Below, piece after piece: positions 36,252 to 48,226 of a stretch of DNA of 48,226 bases. The translations under genes and the position numbers were made by a program. The stretch is from Cirrosporium novae-zelandiae (lineage: Eukaryota): NCBI GenBank assembly GCA_026023565.1, contig JAPETS010000042.1:186001-234226 (forward strand), in the 5' to 3' direction. Under the pieces are notes generated by a model. It saw only the letters and a program-made list of their open reading frames with translations. It had not been told where the DNA came from and did not search any database. Each line of letters starts with the position of its first letter. Positions within the stretch are counted from its first letter, which is position 1.

Positions 36252-37360
36252 ATGGCTTCTACACCTGATAAGAATGGTATTGTAGATGTTGCACAGACAG
36301 GTTTCTCGAAAGCAGCAGCATATGATCAGTACCGACCTTCGTATCCCCCAGAAGCATTGGAACATTTATTGGATAACCTCAAGGTTGTTGGCTTGGCTCA
36401 AGCCAAGATCGTAGATCTTGCAGCAGGGACAGGGAAATTTACAGAATTGATCGCTGCGAGAAAAGAAGCATATCATATCACAGCTGTCGAGCCTCATGAG
36501 GGCATGTGTCAAGAATTAATCAAAAAGAATTTGACAAATGTGACTGTCAAAGCTGGAAGTGCAACCAGTATACCGGTGGCAGATCAATCCCTAGATGCCG
36601 TAATTGCTGCTCAGGTAAGAGACAATCTCCAGGAAAATACCCATAAGATTTGTATGGCTCATACTGATCATCCTTGAAATACCAAAGGCTTTTCATTGGT
36701 AAAGATAGTCGTCTACTTTATATCGGGGACATCTAATAGAATATCTAGGTTTGCGAACGAAGACGCCCTTAAAGAGATCCATCGGGTTATACGTCCAGGG
36801 GGAACCTTTGGGCTCATTTGGAACATTGAAGACTGTAAATATCATAGCAACCCACGATAAGTCTCACGGCACGGCAGCTGACACTGTCTGAAAGATAATG
36901 CCCCTCGATCATGGAAACCCACAACGACTTGGGAAAGCAAGATGAAAGATATTATATGGAGTTTTGATGATAACCATCCTCGTTTCCGACATGAAAAGTG
37001 GCGAGTTGTCTTAGAAGAGCAAGGGAAAGGAGTGGTTCCTGGGTATATAGTAGCTTCTGACACGAAGCCTCTTTTCGCACTGCCTCTAGGAGAAGATTCA
37101 GTGCTGTGGACCGTGTGGCTGGATAAAGAAGTCATCTGGTCCAGGTACCATACCCTCAGTCAAATTGCAGTATTAGAAGGAGAGGAATTAAAGGTGATAT
37201 CCAGCGATATATTCCGTCATATAACAGTGCAGCTTACCGTTTACAGAAAACCAAGGAGCAGGTATTCGAAGCATTGAATGGCGCAGATGTAGAGACGAAC
37301 GAACAAGGACTAGTAGCATTGCATGGGAAAACATTTTTTGCTTGGGCAACGGCACTTTAA
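36252..37360 (+). CDS. Class I SAM-dependent methyltransferase (multi-exon)
   Basis: YRPSYP, motif I VDLAAGTGKFT, AVEP, DAVIAAQAFHWF (spliced) and EIHRVIRPGG. Confidence 0.88.
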
Positions 37361-37714
37361 CTGTCCACTCTGAGAAAAATGGCTAGAACTCTCATAATTG
37401 GGAAAATTTCATGAATTGTCTTGATCCGGGCCTAGTCAAAATGTTTGTAATATTGTACCGAGCCTGTCATTTCATCTGTACTCTCAAATAAACCGTCCAG
37501 TATTTCATGATTGTCTTCATTTCTACCATAATAGCCTATCCGAATGTGCCATGATATCGTGATTGGCATACGGCAGGCAGAACTAGCATATCCCCCAAGG
37601 CTTTCCCCCAAGGGTAATGCTCATCTTGGAGCTGTAAAGAGCGAAGGACGCTTTTTGATCGTAGAGAGAATATGGTTCTCAAGATGTATTCTTTTAGATG
37701 TAGGATAGTGATAT

Positions 37715-38079
37715 TCAGTTGCCCGCGCAGATGTACATAACTATTACGAGTATTAGCCAATATCCACAACACAGATAAGTAAAATTTGAACGAAAGGTTC
37801 AGTTTCGTACCGTTGTTGCCTCGAACAAACGCATCGCCATAGCTCCTCCTTAATTTTCCATTCACATATTCCTGTGCCTTCTCAAGTGCGATGTTCATGT
37901 ATCCATCGACCGACTGGAGTTCACCTAGAGAGCATTATTAGTCTGCTCGAATTTTAAAGGTATGTAATCTTACCTTTGTAGACGACTCCAGAATTGAGCT
38001 TGACGGTCACCGAAGCTCCCAATATCTCGCTCAGAAATCCAGAGGGATCTTTCCCATCTGATGTTGCGCCGTTCTCCAT
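37715..38079 (-). CDS. LSM6: U6 snRNA-associated Sm-like protein Lsm6, 2 introns
   Basis: DPSGFLSEILGASVTVKLNSGVVYKGELQSVDGYMNIALE...YGDAFVRGNNVMYI. Confidence 0.93.
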
Positions 38080-38381
38080 TGTCAATAGTTGATTGTTTAG
38101 CAGTAGATGATGTCTAGAGAATCAAAGAGTGAGGTGGGCGGCCTGAGGCGTTCGAACAGGATTGGTGGGGTCTGTACTTGTACACAGACTCCCTCGATCT
38201 TCAATTCACCTGTCAGAGTCCTTGTTTTTGAGATTGAATATCAAATCCGGTAATTACTTATGCCTACATTTTACAATCCAAATACTTTTATATAATTACT
38301 AGTAATTTGCAAAACCTCTTCTTCTAATTCTCCGTCCAACAACTTTATCCACTTTCAAATTACCCTTGATCATATGAAACA

Positions 38382-39755
38382 ATGACGATTGAGCCATCAA
38401 CGTCAAACGATCCCCCTAAACCGAAACGTTCTCTCTTCAAGAAGCCAGCATGGTCTGTAAACGATCCTACCGACGATTCAGGCGACATCTTTCGTCGGAA
38501 TACATTCATTGATTTCGAGGCAGATAAGGAGCGCAAGCGCCAAAAGAAAGCCGCTCGCAAGCAAGCAGAGAAAGAAAAGGAAAGAGCCGCCAAAGAAGCG
38601 CAAGAAAAAGCAAAGGAAGATGCAGATCGTGCGGCAAGAGAAAGCAAGAGGAGACGATCCTCAGATGAGGATGACTTGTATGGTAGTGCAGCCTCTATCC
38701 GCAGTGGAATGATCGAGGAAACACAAGAAGAGGACTGGGTGAGAGATATGTCGTTAACCGCTAAGAGTCGTAATGTTTCGGAACAACCAGAGTTAGGGTA
38801 TAGTCCTCCGACAAAGTCACTCAGAGTGACTCGTGCTGCTGCTGTATCAAATGCATCCCAGGCTATTGATCTTGATACAGATTCGGATACTCAGTCACGG
38901 AAAATTACAGTCAGATACCCCCCACCTAAGCCATCAAATAATGATGATTTCGATGATTGTGAAGATGAGGAATTTCCAGAGTTGGCAGCAAGGGCAAGGG
39001 AAAGAGCAAAAGCCAAACGTCTAGCAGCTCAAAAATCATCATCACCAGAATCGTCTATGGGGACTCCGGCTGGGATTCCATTGCCTACGAGACAGAGTGA
39101 ACCTCCAGAACATGATGAAATTGTGGCTATTCTTATTACATCACGACTACCGAATACCTCGCCCTTGATTATCCGTCGCAAGGAGTCTCAACGGCTACAT
39201 CAGGTTCGTCTTGCCTGGTGCGCGAAGCAAGGTTTCAACGAGGAGACGACAGAATCAATATTCCTAACATGGAAAGGCAATCGCTTATTCGACAGTAGCA
39301 CTTGCAAGAACCTTGGAGCTAATGTTTATAACCACAACGATACTCTTCAAAGCTTCCGAGATGTGGGTGAAGATATGGATGAAGATGAGCCAAAGATTCA
39401 CGTGGAGGCTATGACTGAGGAACTACTTACCCTCTACAATAAGGAAAAAGAAGAGGCACACTTGAAAGCTCTACGAGAAGAGGCCGGCGAGGATGATTTC
39501 GCGCTAGAACCAGAGCCTCCTAAAGAGAAGTACACACACATCTTCCTGAGAAATCCAGATTATGAGGAGGTCAGACTCAAAGTCAGGCTACACACGACCA
39601 TATCCCACATTGTGAATGCGTATCGCCAGGAACGAAACATTGACGGGGGAAAGCAGGTGTTCCTCGACTTTGATGGCGAGAAGCTGGATCCCAGAATGAC
39701 GATAGAGCAGGCTGAAGTTAGTGACATGGATATCATTGATGTTCATGTGAAATGA
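38382..39755 (+). CDS. Esc2/Rad60-like SUMO-like-domain (RENi) protein
   Basis: Charged disordered N-terminus, then two ubiquitin/SUMO-like folds (IFLTWKGNRLF; LDFDGEKLDP..AEVSDMDIIDVHVK). Confidence 0.75.
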   Translation: MTIEPSTSNDPPKPKRSLFKKPAWSVNDPTDDSGDIFRRNTFIDFEADKERKRQKKAARKQAEKEKERAAKEAQEKAKEDADRAARESKRRRSSDEDDLYGSAASIRSGMIEETQEEDWVRDMSLTAKSRNVSEQPELGYSPPTKSLRVTRAAAVSNASQAIDLDTDSDTQSRKITVRYPPPKPSNNDDFDDCEDEEFPELAARARERAKAKRLAAQKSSSPESSMGTPAGIPLPTRQSEPPEHDEIVAILITSRLPNTSPLIIRRKESQRLHQVRLAWCAKQGFNEETTESIFLTWKGNRLFDSSTCKNLGANVYNHNDTLQSFRDVGEDMDEDEPKIHVEAMTEELLTLYNKEKEEAHLKALREEAGEDDFALEPEPPKEKYTHIFLRNPDYEEVRLKVRLHTTISHIVNAYRQERNIDGGKQVFLDFDGEKLDPRMTIEQAEVSDMDIIDVHVK

Positions 39756-40306
39756 TGAAATACCCTTGGGTATTTGGCCTTCCACTGACATGTCTTACCT
39801 TAGCTTGAGGAGTCTGAGGGGAAACAGCCTTCGATTTAGTGCACATGAAACCAAAAAAAAGCGTAGCAATGTAAGATACGAGTGGTTCAGGCTCGGATTT
39901 AAGGCGCAACACTGGATACGACTCACGAATTCCTTACGATACGAATACTCCTTAGTTATCAAAGCAAATAGCTATTATAATACTTACCCACAAAATCCAT
40001 ATCCCGATCTCTATGTACCTAATAGGGGAATTAAAAAAGAATTAAAGAATTAGATATCTAGTCCAATTAAGCTCCAAAATAAGGTAAAGAAAAAAGAGCC
40101 CATTTCCAGCCGATAATTAAAATCTCCTTCCAAAACGGCCTTCCCCCCCACTAAAAACCCAAAACCACTACAAGAGTAAAAGAGAAAAAAAATGTCATCA
40201 CACTAACCAATCCCAAACATCAAAGAAGACCAACCACAGCTCTCTCTCATCTCCCTTATAATATCCCCAAAAACAAAAAATAAAATAAAAAATAACCCAA
40301 CCAACC

Positions 40307-41174
40307 ATGAAAGTCCTAACGGTAAACTTCCTGACCTGCGCCATCAAAGCCTGCAAGCCAAGCCCGCAGGCCTACCCCCTCCATTTCCAGGACGCCGAGC
40401 TCGAGCAGACGGAGCTGGAGTTCTCGCCTGATTTTATTCGAAATGTTCTTCCTAGGGTGGATTGGGATGCGTTGAGGGTTACTGCTAATGAGGTATGTGA
40501 ATTTGAATGTTACGTATTGATGCGAGTGATTGATTGGTTGTATGGGGGGAGAGGAGGGTTTATATATTATAGTTTTTTTGGTTTTTTTGTGTTTTTTTGT
40601 GTGTTTTTGTTTTATTTTTATATTCATGTTTGAAGAAGGACAAAGTGTTTAACAAAGCTTGTTTGTTTTCTTTACTGTTGAACTACGCCCTGCGGATTTT
40701 AATTCATTCATCCCCACATCGTTTGCTTGATCCTTTTCTTTACCCCCATCCTCCTCTTCCTCCCTCCTTTCCTTACCCCTTACCCCAACCCTCTAACCTC
40801 CCATCTCCTCCCAACAACCTTCCCATTCCTGTTCAAAAAACAAAAACTAACCCCTCCCCCCCCTTACTCTCCCCATAAACAGCTCGGATTCACAACCCTC
40901 CCCAGCACAAAACCAGAAGGTCCCGCGCTTGAAGAAAACGAACCTATGATGAAAGACCTGCATAAGCTGCTGCTGGAGACGCAGGTTATGGAGGGGAAGC
41001 TGGTGTGCGGGAACTGCGGGCACGAGTATAAGATCAAGGAGGGGATTGCGAATTTTTTATTGCCGAGTCATCTTGGTGAGTTGTTTTTCTGTGTGTTTTT
41101 GTTTTGTTTTTGTTTTTTTAGGAGGGGGGTACGGATGTATGACTATGTGTGCTAATGATGAGGTTGTAGTTTGA
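40307..41174 (+). CDS. TRM112: Methyltransferase activator Trm112; exons 40307-40492, 40883-41075, 41170-41174
   Basis: MKVLTVNFLTCAIKAC..YPLHF...LHKLLLETQVMEGKLVCGNCGHEYKIKEGIANFLLPSHLV. Confidence 0.93.
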
Positions 41175-41757
41175 GTATGAGGGAAAGAAGAGAAAGATGG
41201 AAGGTAGATGTTACAGGGCTATAAAGGGGTGAGATATTGCTCTCTGCTTCTGGTAGAGGATACAGCCATAACAGGGCATCCCAAAAAAACGAAATATTAT
41301 GATACCATGAGTAATCAACAAAGTCATATTGAGGGGGACATTAAAAAAAAGAAATATTATACCTAGATATGATAACACAAAATAAAACACACATATATCT
41401 CACACCAGTTTATTCCACCACCACCCCAAGGTGTGCGGACTTACATCTCCAAATTCACTAGCAAAAACGTGTGTATGTATTTACACTGGTAAAAAAAAGT
41501 TAGGACCCCATATACCTCATTCGTGAAAGGTCGTTTTGCGCCTGTAAATGCCTAACCCCCTTTCCTTGCTTTGTTTGTAGAACAACCAACCACATATGAA
41601 GAACCACCGATTGTTTGAGAGTCTTTCTTTTTGACTCCCCACAACCACACACACCCACCCCCAGCCAACCAACCAACCACCACCACCCAAGCCCAACGCC
41701 TCTAATGCGAAAAAAAGACCATGGTTTTTTTTACAACCCAGTAGCTTTTGGTATCTT

Positions 41758-44700
41758 TTAGTTGAGGAAACCTTTACAACCAGAAGACCCACAAAGACAT
41801 GGTATCCGATCATCACTATCCCATTCGCGCTCAAACTTATAATCATAGGTGAGTTCTTCGCCTAGGAAATAGTTAGTAAATCCAAGAGTCATAACAGATA
41901 CGGAAATAGAAGACTTACTCTGACCAATATCCCTTAGAGCGTAGATGACGATACGCTTGCTACCTTCCACCTTGATGATCTTGGCAGTACAGTTTGGAGT
42001 GCAGCTATGGTTAATGAAACGAGCAATGCCACCGCGTTTTGTAGCATCGACAACTGTATTTTCATCAATACGGAAAAGATAGCTGCTACCAATACCACTT
42101 TTGAGGTACCGCTTCTCCCGCATATCCGCGACTTGCTGGCGAACCTTTTCACCAACATATTCGATGATCATATCATTAGCAGCAATGTTCTCCATAGCAT
42201 ACAAGCCCCAGTTGTGAATAGCAGAGCGAGCAAATTTGACGGGCTTCTTTCGCTTCTTAAGTTGATTAAAGCGAAGAGAATCACCCTCGCCCCCACCAGG
42301 TGCGAGTGCCTGGTTTTGAGCGTTGAGGTCGGCAACATATCTGCGGTTAATTGCCCGAGCGCCACGTGCAGAAGATTTTGCGACAATCTTAGCTGCGGCT
42401 GCTTTTGCTGCTTCGGCGGCTGCTGCAGCTGGGTCATTCTTGGCCTTCGCCTCTCTTGCCTCGCGTGCTTTCTGTACCTTGATACGATGCGGAAGGTATT
42501 TAGACTTTTCTGACTCAAGAATTTTCTTGGTTCCCTCGGTTCGGGCGGATCCAGTGGAGTTTGGTATATAATAGCCTTCGATTCGGGTTTCCGTATGGAC
42601 AGGACCCCTTTCGCCGTTGCGATTAAGAGCTTTGATCTCTTTCTGTTTCCAAGCCCATATCGGTAGATATCCAATTGAAGCACTAGGCTCATCTTCGAGG
42701 GCTTCACGGAGAAAGCGAAGATCTTCATCATCTTTGACTAGTGTCTGCCAGCCATCAAGGTCTAGAATCATTTCATCGTCATCCTCTACTGTTGGCCTTG
42801 GTTCATCTCGGGAGACACCCCACTCAATTTCGGGATTTTGGAATTGAAGAATCTCCTCGACCTTAGATTCTTCGGTGTCTGGGGTTGCTGCAGTGTCTGG
42901 TAATGGCGGTTCAACTTCCTGAAGCTGTAATTGTTCTAGCTCGAGTTTCCTCTTTTCTTCGGCTAGCTGTTTCTTCGTTTTCCTCTTAGGTTTCGTCTTC
43001 TTTACCTTTGACTTAACCTCTTCAGGCTGAACTTCCTCTTGCTCTCCCAAAAGTTCTTCGTCAGGTAGTTGTATGTCAATGACAACTGGCTCTTGAGAAA
43101 CATCTGTAGTTGGCACGGGCATTTCAACATCATCTTTGATAATCCCAAATAGCTCGTCATCTTCTTTTTGTCGTTTTCGGGAAGCAATTTCTTTTTCTGT
43201 CCTCTTCCGCTTCTTCGAATTTGGAGGAAGTCCCTGGATGCTCTTTTGAAGGGATGTTATGATCATATCCTGGGATATATCTGTCTCCCCGGGCGTCCAT
43301 CCAGGTGTGGAACCTTCCATCGTCTCATCGTCGCTGATTTCACTAAAAGTACTCCTAATTTCAGATTTGTTTCTAAGTCGGGGCCTCGTAGTAGGAATTG
43401 ATTGCGATTCTTCATCACCAGAAAATGGGGAACTCGCACTCATACGACTGATAGGGCGACTGTCCCGTTCTTCGGTATCCCTAGTGGCGGGTGTTCTATG
43501 TTCATCATCGGACTCGTCTTCGTCATGGTATTGATTCAGCCTATGATACAGCCCTCTTACAGGCTTCTTTCGCACCAAGCGTCTCCTTCTTTCATCAGCA
43601 AATGCTACATTATCACGCCTGGCCCCAAGACCCTTGCGGATTCTAGGTAGCGCATTGATACTCAGAAGTGGTGGGCGATTCAACGGGACATCAGTACGAG
43701 AGTCAGGAGTGGCAGCCGGGGAATAATCCAAATTATCGACATGGATACCTGGCCGTTTGCTGCCTTTGGGATCTGGAATGCCGAGTTTTCTTCTCTTTGC
43801 GACATGTTTGTCTGGATCCAAGTACTCAAAAAGGGCAGGACCAGCAATCCGTGATTTGACATATTCCAGAAGTTTGTCTTTGAGCTCTTGTCTAACAGTA
43901 TTAACAACCTCTCTGCAAGGATCCAGATCTTTTGCCCTCTGCCTCTTTTCCTCTTCTAGGTCCAATTCCTCCTCTTTCCTAAGTCTATCTCGTTCGGCTT
44001 TTGCAACTTGCTCTGCCTTGACCCTGTCGGGGCTGGGACTTCTTTCGTAATTGGGATTTCCATATTGCTGGCATTCCATATTCATGACATAAGTGAAGAG
44101 CAAATGTAGATTGCACTCCTTATAACATCTACTTGCCTCCTCTTCTCCAGCCTTGGAGTTGTCAAATATCACATAATAGCCTGTCGCATCGCATCTGACT
44201 GCCCGCCAATCAAATGATCTCAAGCGCTTCTTTAAATGTGGAATGGTTGTGCTTAGGACGGGCACATAGACTTTGGCAATGAATATGTATGGATCGCGCT
44301 TAATTTGCTCTAAGATAGGTTTGTCTTCGACTAACGACGGTCTGGTATTGGGTCGCGGGCCATCTAGTGTTGGCCCCGGTATAGGTATGGAGGTGGGTGC
44401 AAGTGTAGGAGTGGAGGTGGAAGGTAGGTGTGGTGGTCTGAAGATGGATTTTCCTGATGGCCCTTTCGGGGCAGTTGGAGGTGGTACATTTTTCATCGCT
44501 TCTTCGAGTCGTGACTGTTCCGAGGCGAATTTTGCTTGGCGTGCTTCGATGGCCTTTTTAATGATCCTTTTTCCAAGAGCACCATCGCGATCAAGTTCTG
44601 CTCGAACATGATGAAGACCAATACGTTGACCTTTCTTGCATTCTTGGTGTGCTTTCCTGGCAGCATCCATCGCAGAAACTGGAGAGCCTCCGCGGAATGG

Positions 44701-45774
44701 TTTTGTACCATCCCGATATTTGATTAGACATATTCCTAGGAAGCTTCCAGTTGTCGGATCTGTCTTATTATCTGTTTCGGAAATCTCGCCAAAGCTGGAG
44801 AATAATGCGGTGATTTGAGAAACAGGTGTTAGAGGATCGAAACCTGTTACCACGACTCGAGTAGGCGGTCCCGGACCAATTGAAGTGGTGGGATCATATG
44901 GGTATGGTTTTAAACAGTATGGTGCAACTCGGAGTCTGACTTTCTTGCCATTGGCTACGCCCTTGTGATAATTTGCTAAGGATAACCGAGGATCTTTGAC
45001 CGGGATATCATCCTCCTAAAATTTGGTTATAGATCAGCATAAATCCATCTCCCTAGGTAGTTATGTTACAAGAAATCTTAGGTTGATATGAGACATGTGA
45101 CTTACATTAACAACAAATTGTTTATATCGGGGTTTAGTTTTTCTCTTTTCCTTAGGATTTAACTTCTTGTCGAGTTCTGGGTCGTAAATCTTTTTGCTGC
45201 CTTTGATGTGCACACCAATTCGACTTCGCGGTTGTGGTGCTAGTGAGGTATCGGCGACAGCTGAAGTCATTTTGGTATTTACGACCTCAGGTCCAGCCGG
45301 TGAGAGTTGGTTTGAATTAAACTTGGCAGTTGAAGGACTGACTGCCTTTCCTGGCGGCGATAAGTCGTCATTAGTAAGAGGTGTCAGAGTGGGAGCACTG
45401 GTCGTTCCGTTAGGCTTTGGCTGTGGATGGGTTGTAGTGCTGAAGATAGATGATGAAGTGCTGGTAGAACTAGCAGATCCAACCCCAAGTAATGAATCGC
45501 CGGGAGGGGAATCTGTCTCTTCTTGCAATGTTGGGCTTGTATCTCGATTTCTTTCACCGCATTGCGCTCCATCGATTGTGGCCTGTGCAGATCTAGATAT
45601 CTCTTCGCCCTGTACAGGCGACACAACCGAAGAGGAGGTTGCATCCACCGTAAGTCGCTCAGTGGGTTGTGCCTTGGGTCTGGGTCGCTCTTGCGCAGCT
45701 TTTGTTCGCTTTTCTTTGAGCACCTTGGGAGCTGTTGGGAAAAATTCCGCAAAGGCCGCCGAGGCGCGCGACAT
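41758..45774 (-). CDS. SET1: Histone H3K4 methyltransferase Set1 (RRM, n-SET, SET, post-SET), 2 introns
   Basis: [52 protein letters not shown] and [13 protein letters not shown]. Introns at about 45016-45104 and 41862-41918. Confidence 0.96.
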
Positions 45775-48099
45775 GTTCGAAGACAACTCACTTCCTTCGC
45801 TACTCTGGATTCACCATCTCTCCCTCGAATCTCCACTTGCACGGTTCAGGATATGCCAAAGGAGTCTCATGTATCCAGGGGTGGTCCAGTATACAAATCA
45901 CTGAAACAACTTCGTTTTCCAGCCCAACGCGGTATGAGGGGAGGGGGAAGGTTCAAGACGCGATCGAAGGGGCATGCCAAGGTGGAGGTGGAAGAAGGAA
46001 AGTGGAGGAATGATATTCCAAAAGAAGAATAAAGTATCAGCCAAATACAAGGATCATTTAAGTATCAATAAGTTATGAAGTTCAGGTTCATAACTACAGA
46101 GGATTTTGATTGTCAAGAGGCTTTCGAAGAATGTAAGTTAATGTCCAACCTCTCAAGGTCGTGACAAGGGTAGAAGGTTTAATTTTAGCGAACTTGGCCT
46201 AGGCTGTTCACGGCTCCTTTGTAACTAGAACTCCACACACTTCAACACCTTACTTGCACTTCAAATCTATTATTCTGCTATTCTTCATCTTATGTATATT
46301 GATTGCATTTGGATATCATAAATTAGATTGACTCGCCTTGATCCATGTGCCTTGGAGCTTCTTTGAACTCCTCTTGAAACTCCTCTCTTTGGATTGCTAC
46401 CTCCCAGACATGAATGAATTAGACATATTACTTACTACCTACAGTTCTATAAGATCCATTCTTCTTTCTCCATCTTCCCCAATTGTGTACGAGCACATTC
46501 CTACGATTATCATTCGCATGCTGCTGCCGAACCTTGGAGCTTGATTTAAGTTTGCACTGGCTTATTGAAGTATGGAAATACACAATTGCCCTCACTCTCC
46601 GGCTATTTAGAAGCGACATATTAGCCTGGATACATTACAAGAGATGACATATTTTTCGCTGCCTTGAACAACTGCCGAGACGACTTCAATCCACCCTTTA
46701 GATATTTATTTGACCTTCCTCGACCTCTCCCTCTTGTATATGAACACCAAAGCCCTCCTGCTAGACAGCATAAGGAACAAGTCTTTCATGAATATAAGAA
46801 TATATGTCCAGGAAGTGGTTCGACTAATATCGGGGTATTTGAGATATCATAAATGCAGTTGAAAATACAGCAGTAGAATTTGAGGTGATGTCGGATGATT
46901 GCCTGCGGTCAACAGAGAATTGAAGGGTTTATATGGCATGCTCCCTTCAAGGAGGCTCATTTCAGATTCCCAGCCGCGAGGTTATCTAGGCTTAACTGCT
47001 TTCCCATCCGTTCCTATCCTATGTTACCCCGGATTGTTCGAGCAGATCACAATGAGGTGAAGCGATTATGCGCATATACTGCCTTGGGCTTAGATAGAAG
47101 GGCGATGGAAAAACTTTGGAAATTAATTGTTCAAGTGGAGCCAAACCCATGTTATCTGTCTGGCGCCACGACCTTTATCTTATCCTGGTATTATTTTCAT
47201 GACATGCTTCATTTGATGGTGCTATACCTGACTTTCACCCCACAGGCTATGAAATATTCCTGACCGCTCTAGATCACTAATCATATAGTTAGCATGATGA
47301 GGGTCCTGCATGTGTTTACGTGGAACCTAGAAGGACATAGGAACTTTGCTTCACTTCTACATCCACGTTCCACAATAGCTCTTTGGAGCAACTATCAGCA
47401 TGATATAACCGCAAGATATATATTGGCAATGGTATTACATATCCACATAACACACAATGTTTGGGATATAAGAAATCGCTCAGCTTTTTATTAGTGAAAA
47501 GCTATCTAACACTAAAAAGAAAGTTCCCGAGCACAAAGTTATTCTCAAACATTACTCGAGTAGAAATTTCCGTCTAAAAGCACAAGCGGATGAGGCGGAT
47601 TTTTTTGAAGCCGAGCAAGTACAAAGTACTAGTATCTCAGGCAACATCGGCACACGGCACCAAAGCGGAGGGTATTGTTATATGAGGTATTCATGAGGTA
47701 CTTGCTTAGGCGAGTAGAAAATAGGAAAATGGGAAAATGAGAAAATGAGAAAATCGAAAATGAGGTTGAGAATCTTTAGATGATGAGGAGTTCGCTGGCG
47801 ACCAGTCGGTAAGGATTGATGTTGTCTCAGTTTTTTTCTCTCTTCTCGCTGGGATTTTGCATTTACGACGACAGCATGTAAGTTAGCGATCAAGGTCGCT
47901 CAGGTCGAGGAGGGAAACAGAAATGATGAAATGGCGTGTGTGTGTGTTCGTCTCCGCTTTCACGAGACCCTTAAGCAAGGTACGGAGTCAGCGTGGTCAG
48001 CTCCCTGCATCTTGGCTTGTAGCAAATGACCAGCAGAAGAGAGTGTATTAAGTTGAATTATTGGAAGAGAATGGATGGAGGTTGATCTGAAGGATGGTC

Positions 48100-48226
48100 T
48101 ACCTTGGTTGGTACCTTGGTTGGTACCTTGGTTGGTACCTTGGTTGGTACCTTGGTTGGTACCTTGGTTGGTACCTTGGTTGGTACCTTGGTTGGTACCT
48201 TGGTTGGTACCTTGGTTGGTACCTTG
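48100..48226. repeat. (TACCTTGGTTGG)~10.5 perfect tandem repeat running to the window end
   Basis: Perfect 12-bp unit read directly from the sequence. Confidence 0.95.

Noticed and set aside
46250..47500. Short ORFs upstream of SET1 as a gene or transposon remnant
   Set aside because: No recognisable motif, terminal repeat or coherent exon chain.
48100..48226. CRISPR-like array
   Set aside because: No spacers, and the context is eukaryotic.

Overview
Nuclear DNA of a filamentous ascomycete (Pezizomycotina), judged from short GT-AG introns, CTRAC branch points and an alpha-type pheromone precursor. The right two-thirds (about 15-46 kb) is a dense block of conserved genes: a GAP1-type permease, RPL36, the pheromone precursor, IDH1, a TUG/UBX protein, PUP3, SERCA, 14-3-3, a lipase, a methyltransferase, LSM6, ESC2/Rad60, TRM112 and SET1. 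The left part is accessory-like: NmrA, an arylsulfotransferase, and a head-to-head pair of a degenerate NACHT-like gene and an AAA+ ATPase. The most unusual region is about 10.7-14.1 kb. There, a hand-folded group I intron-like ribozyme core (P1 with U-G wobble, P2, P3, P7, P8, P9, S element AAGGUACAGUCG) lies outside rDNA. It sits directly upstream of a frameshifted GIY-YIG-like nuclease ORF with five 26-aa basic repeats, and is followed by more structured RNA with two candidate P10/3' splice sites. All RNA structures were paired by eye and need computational and experimental confirmation. The window ends in a 12-bp tandem repeat.
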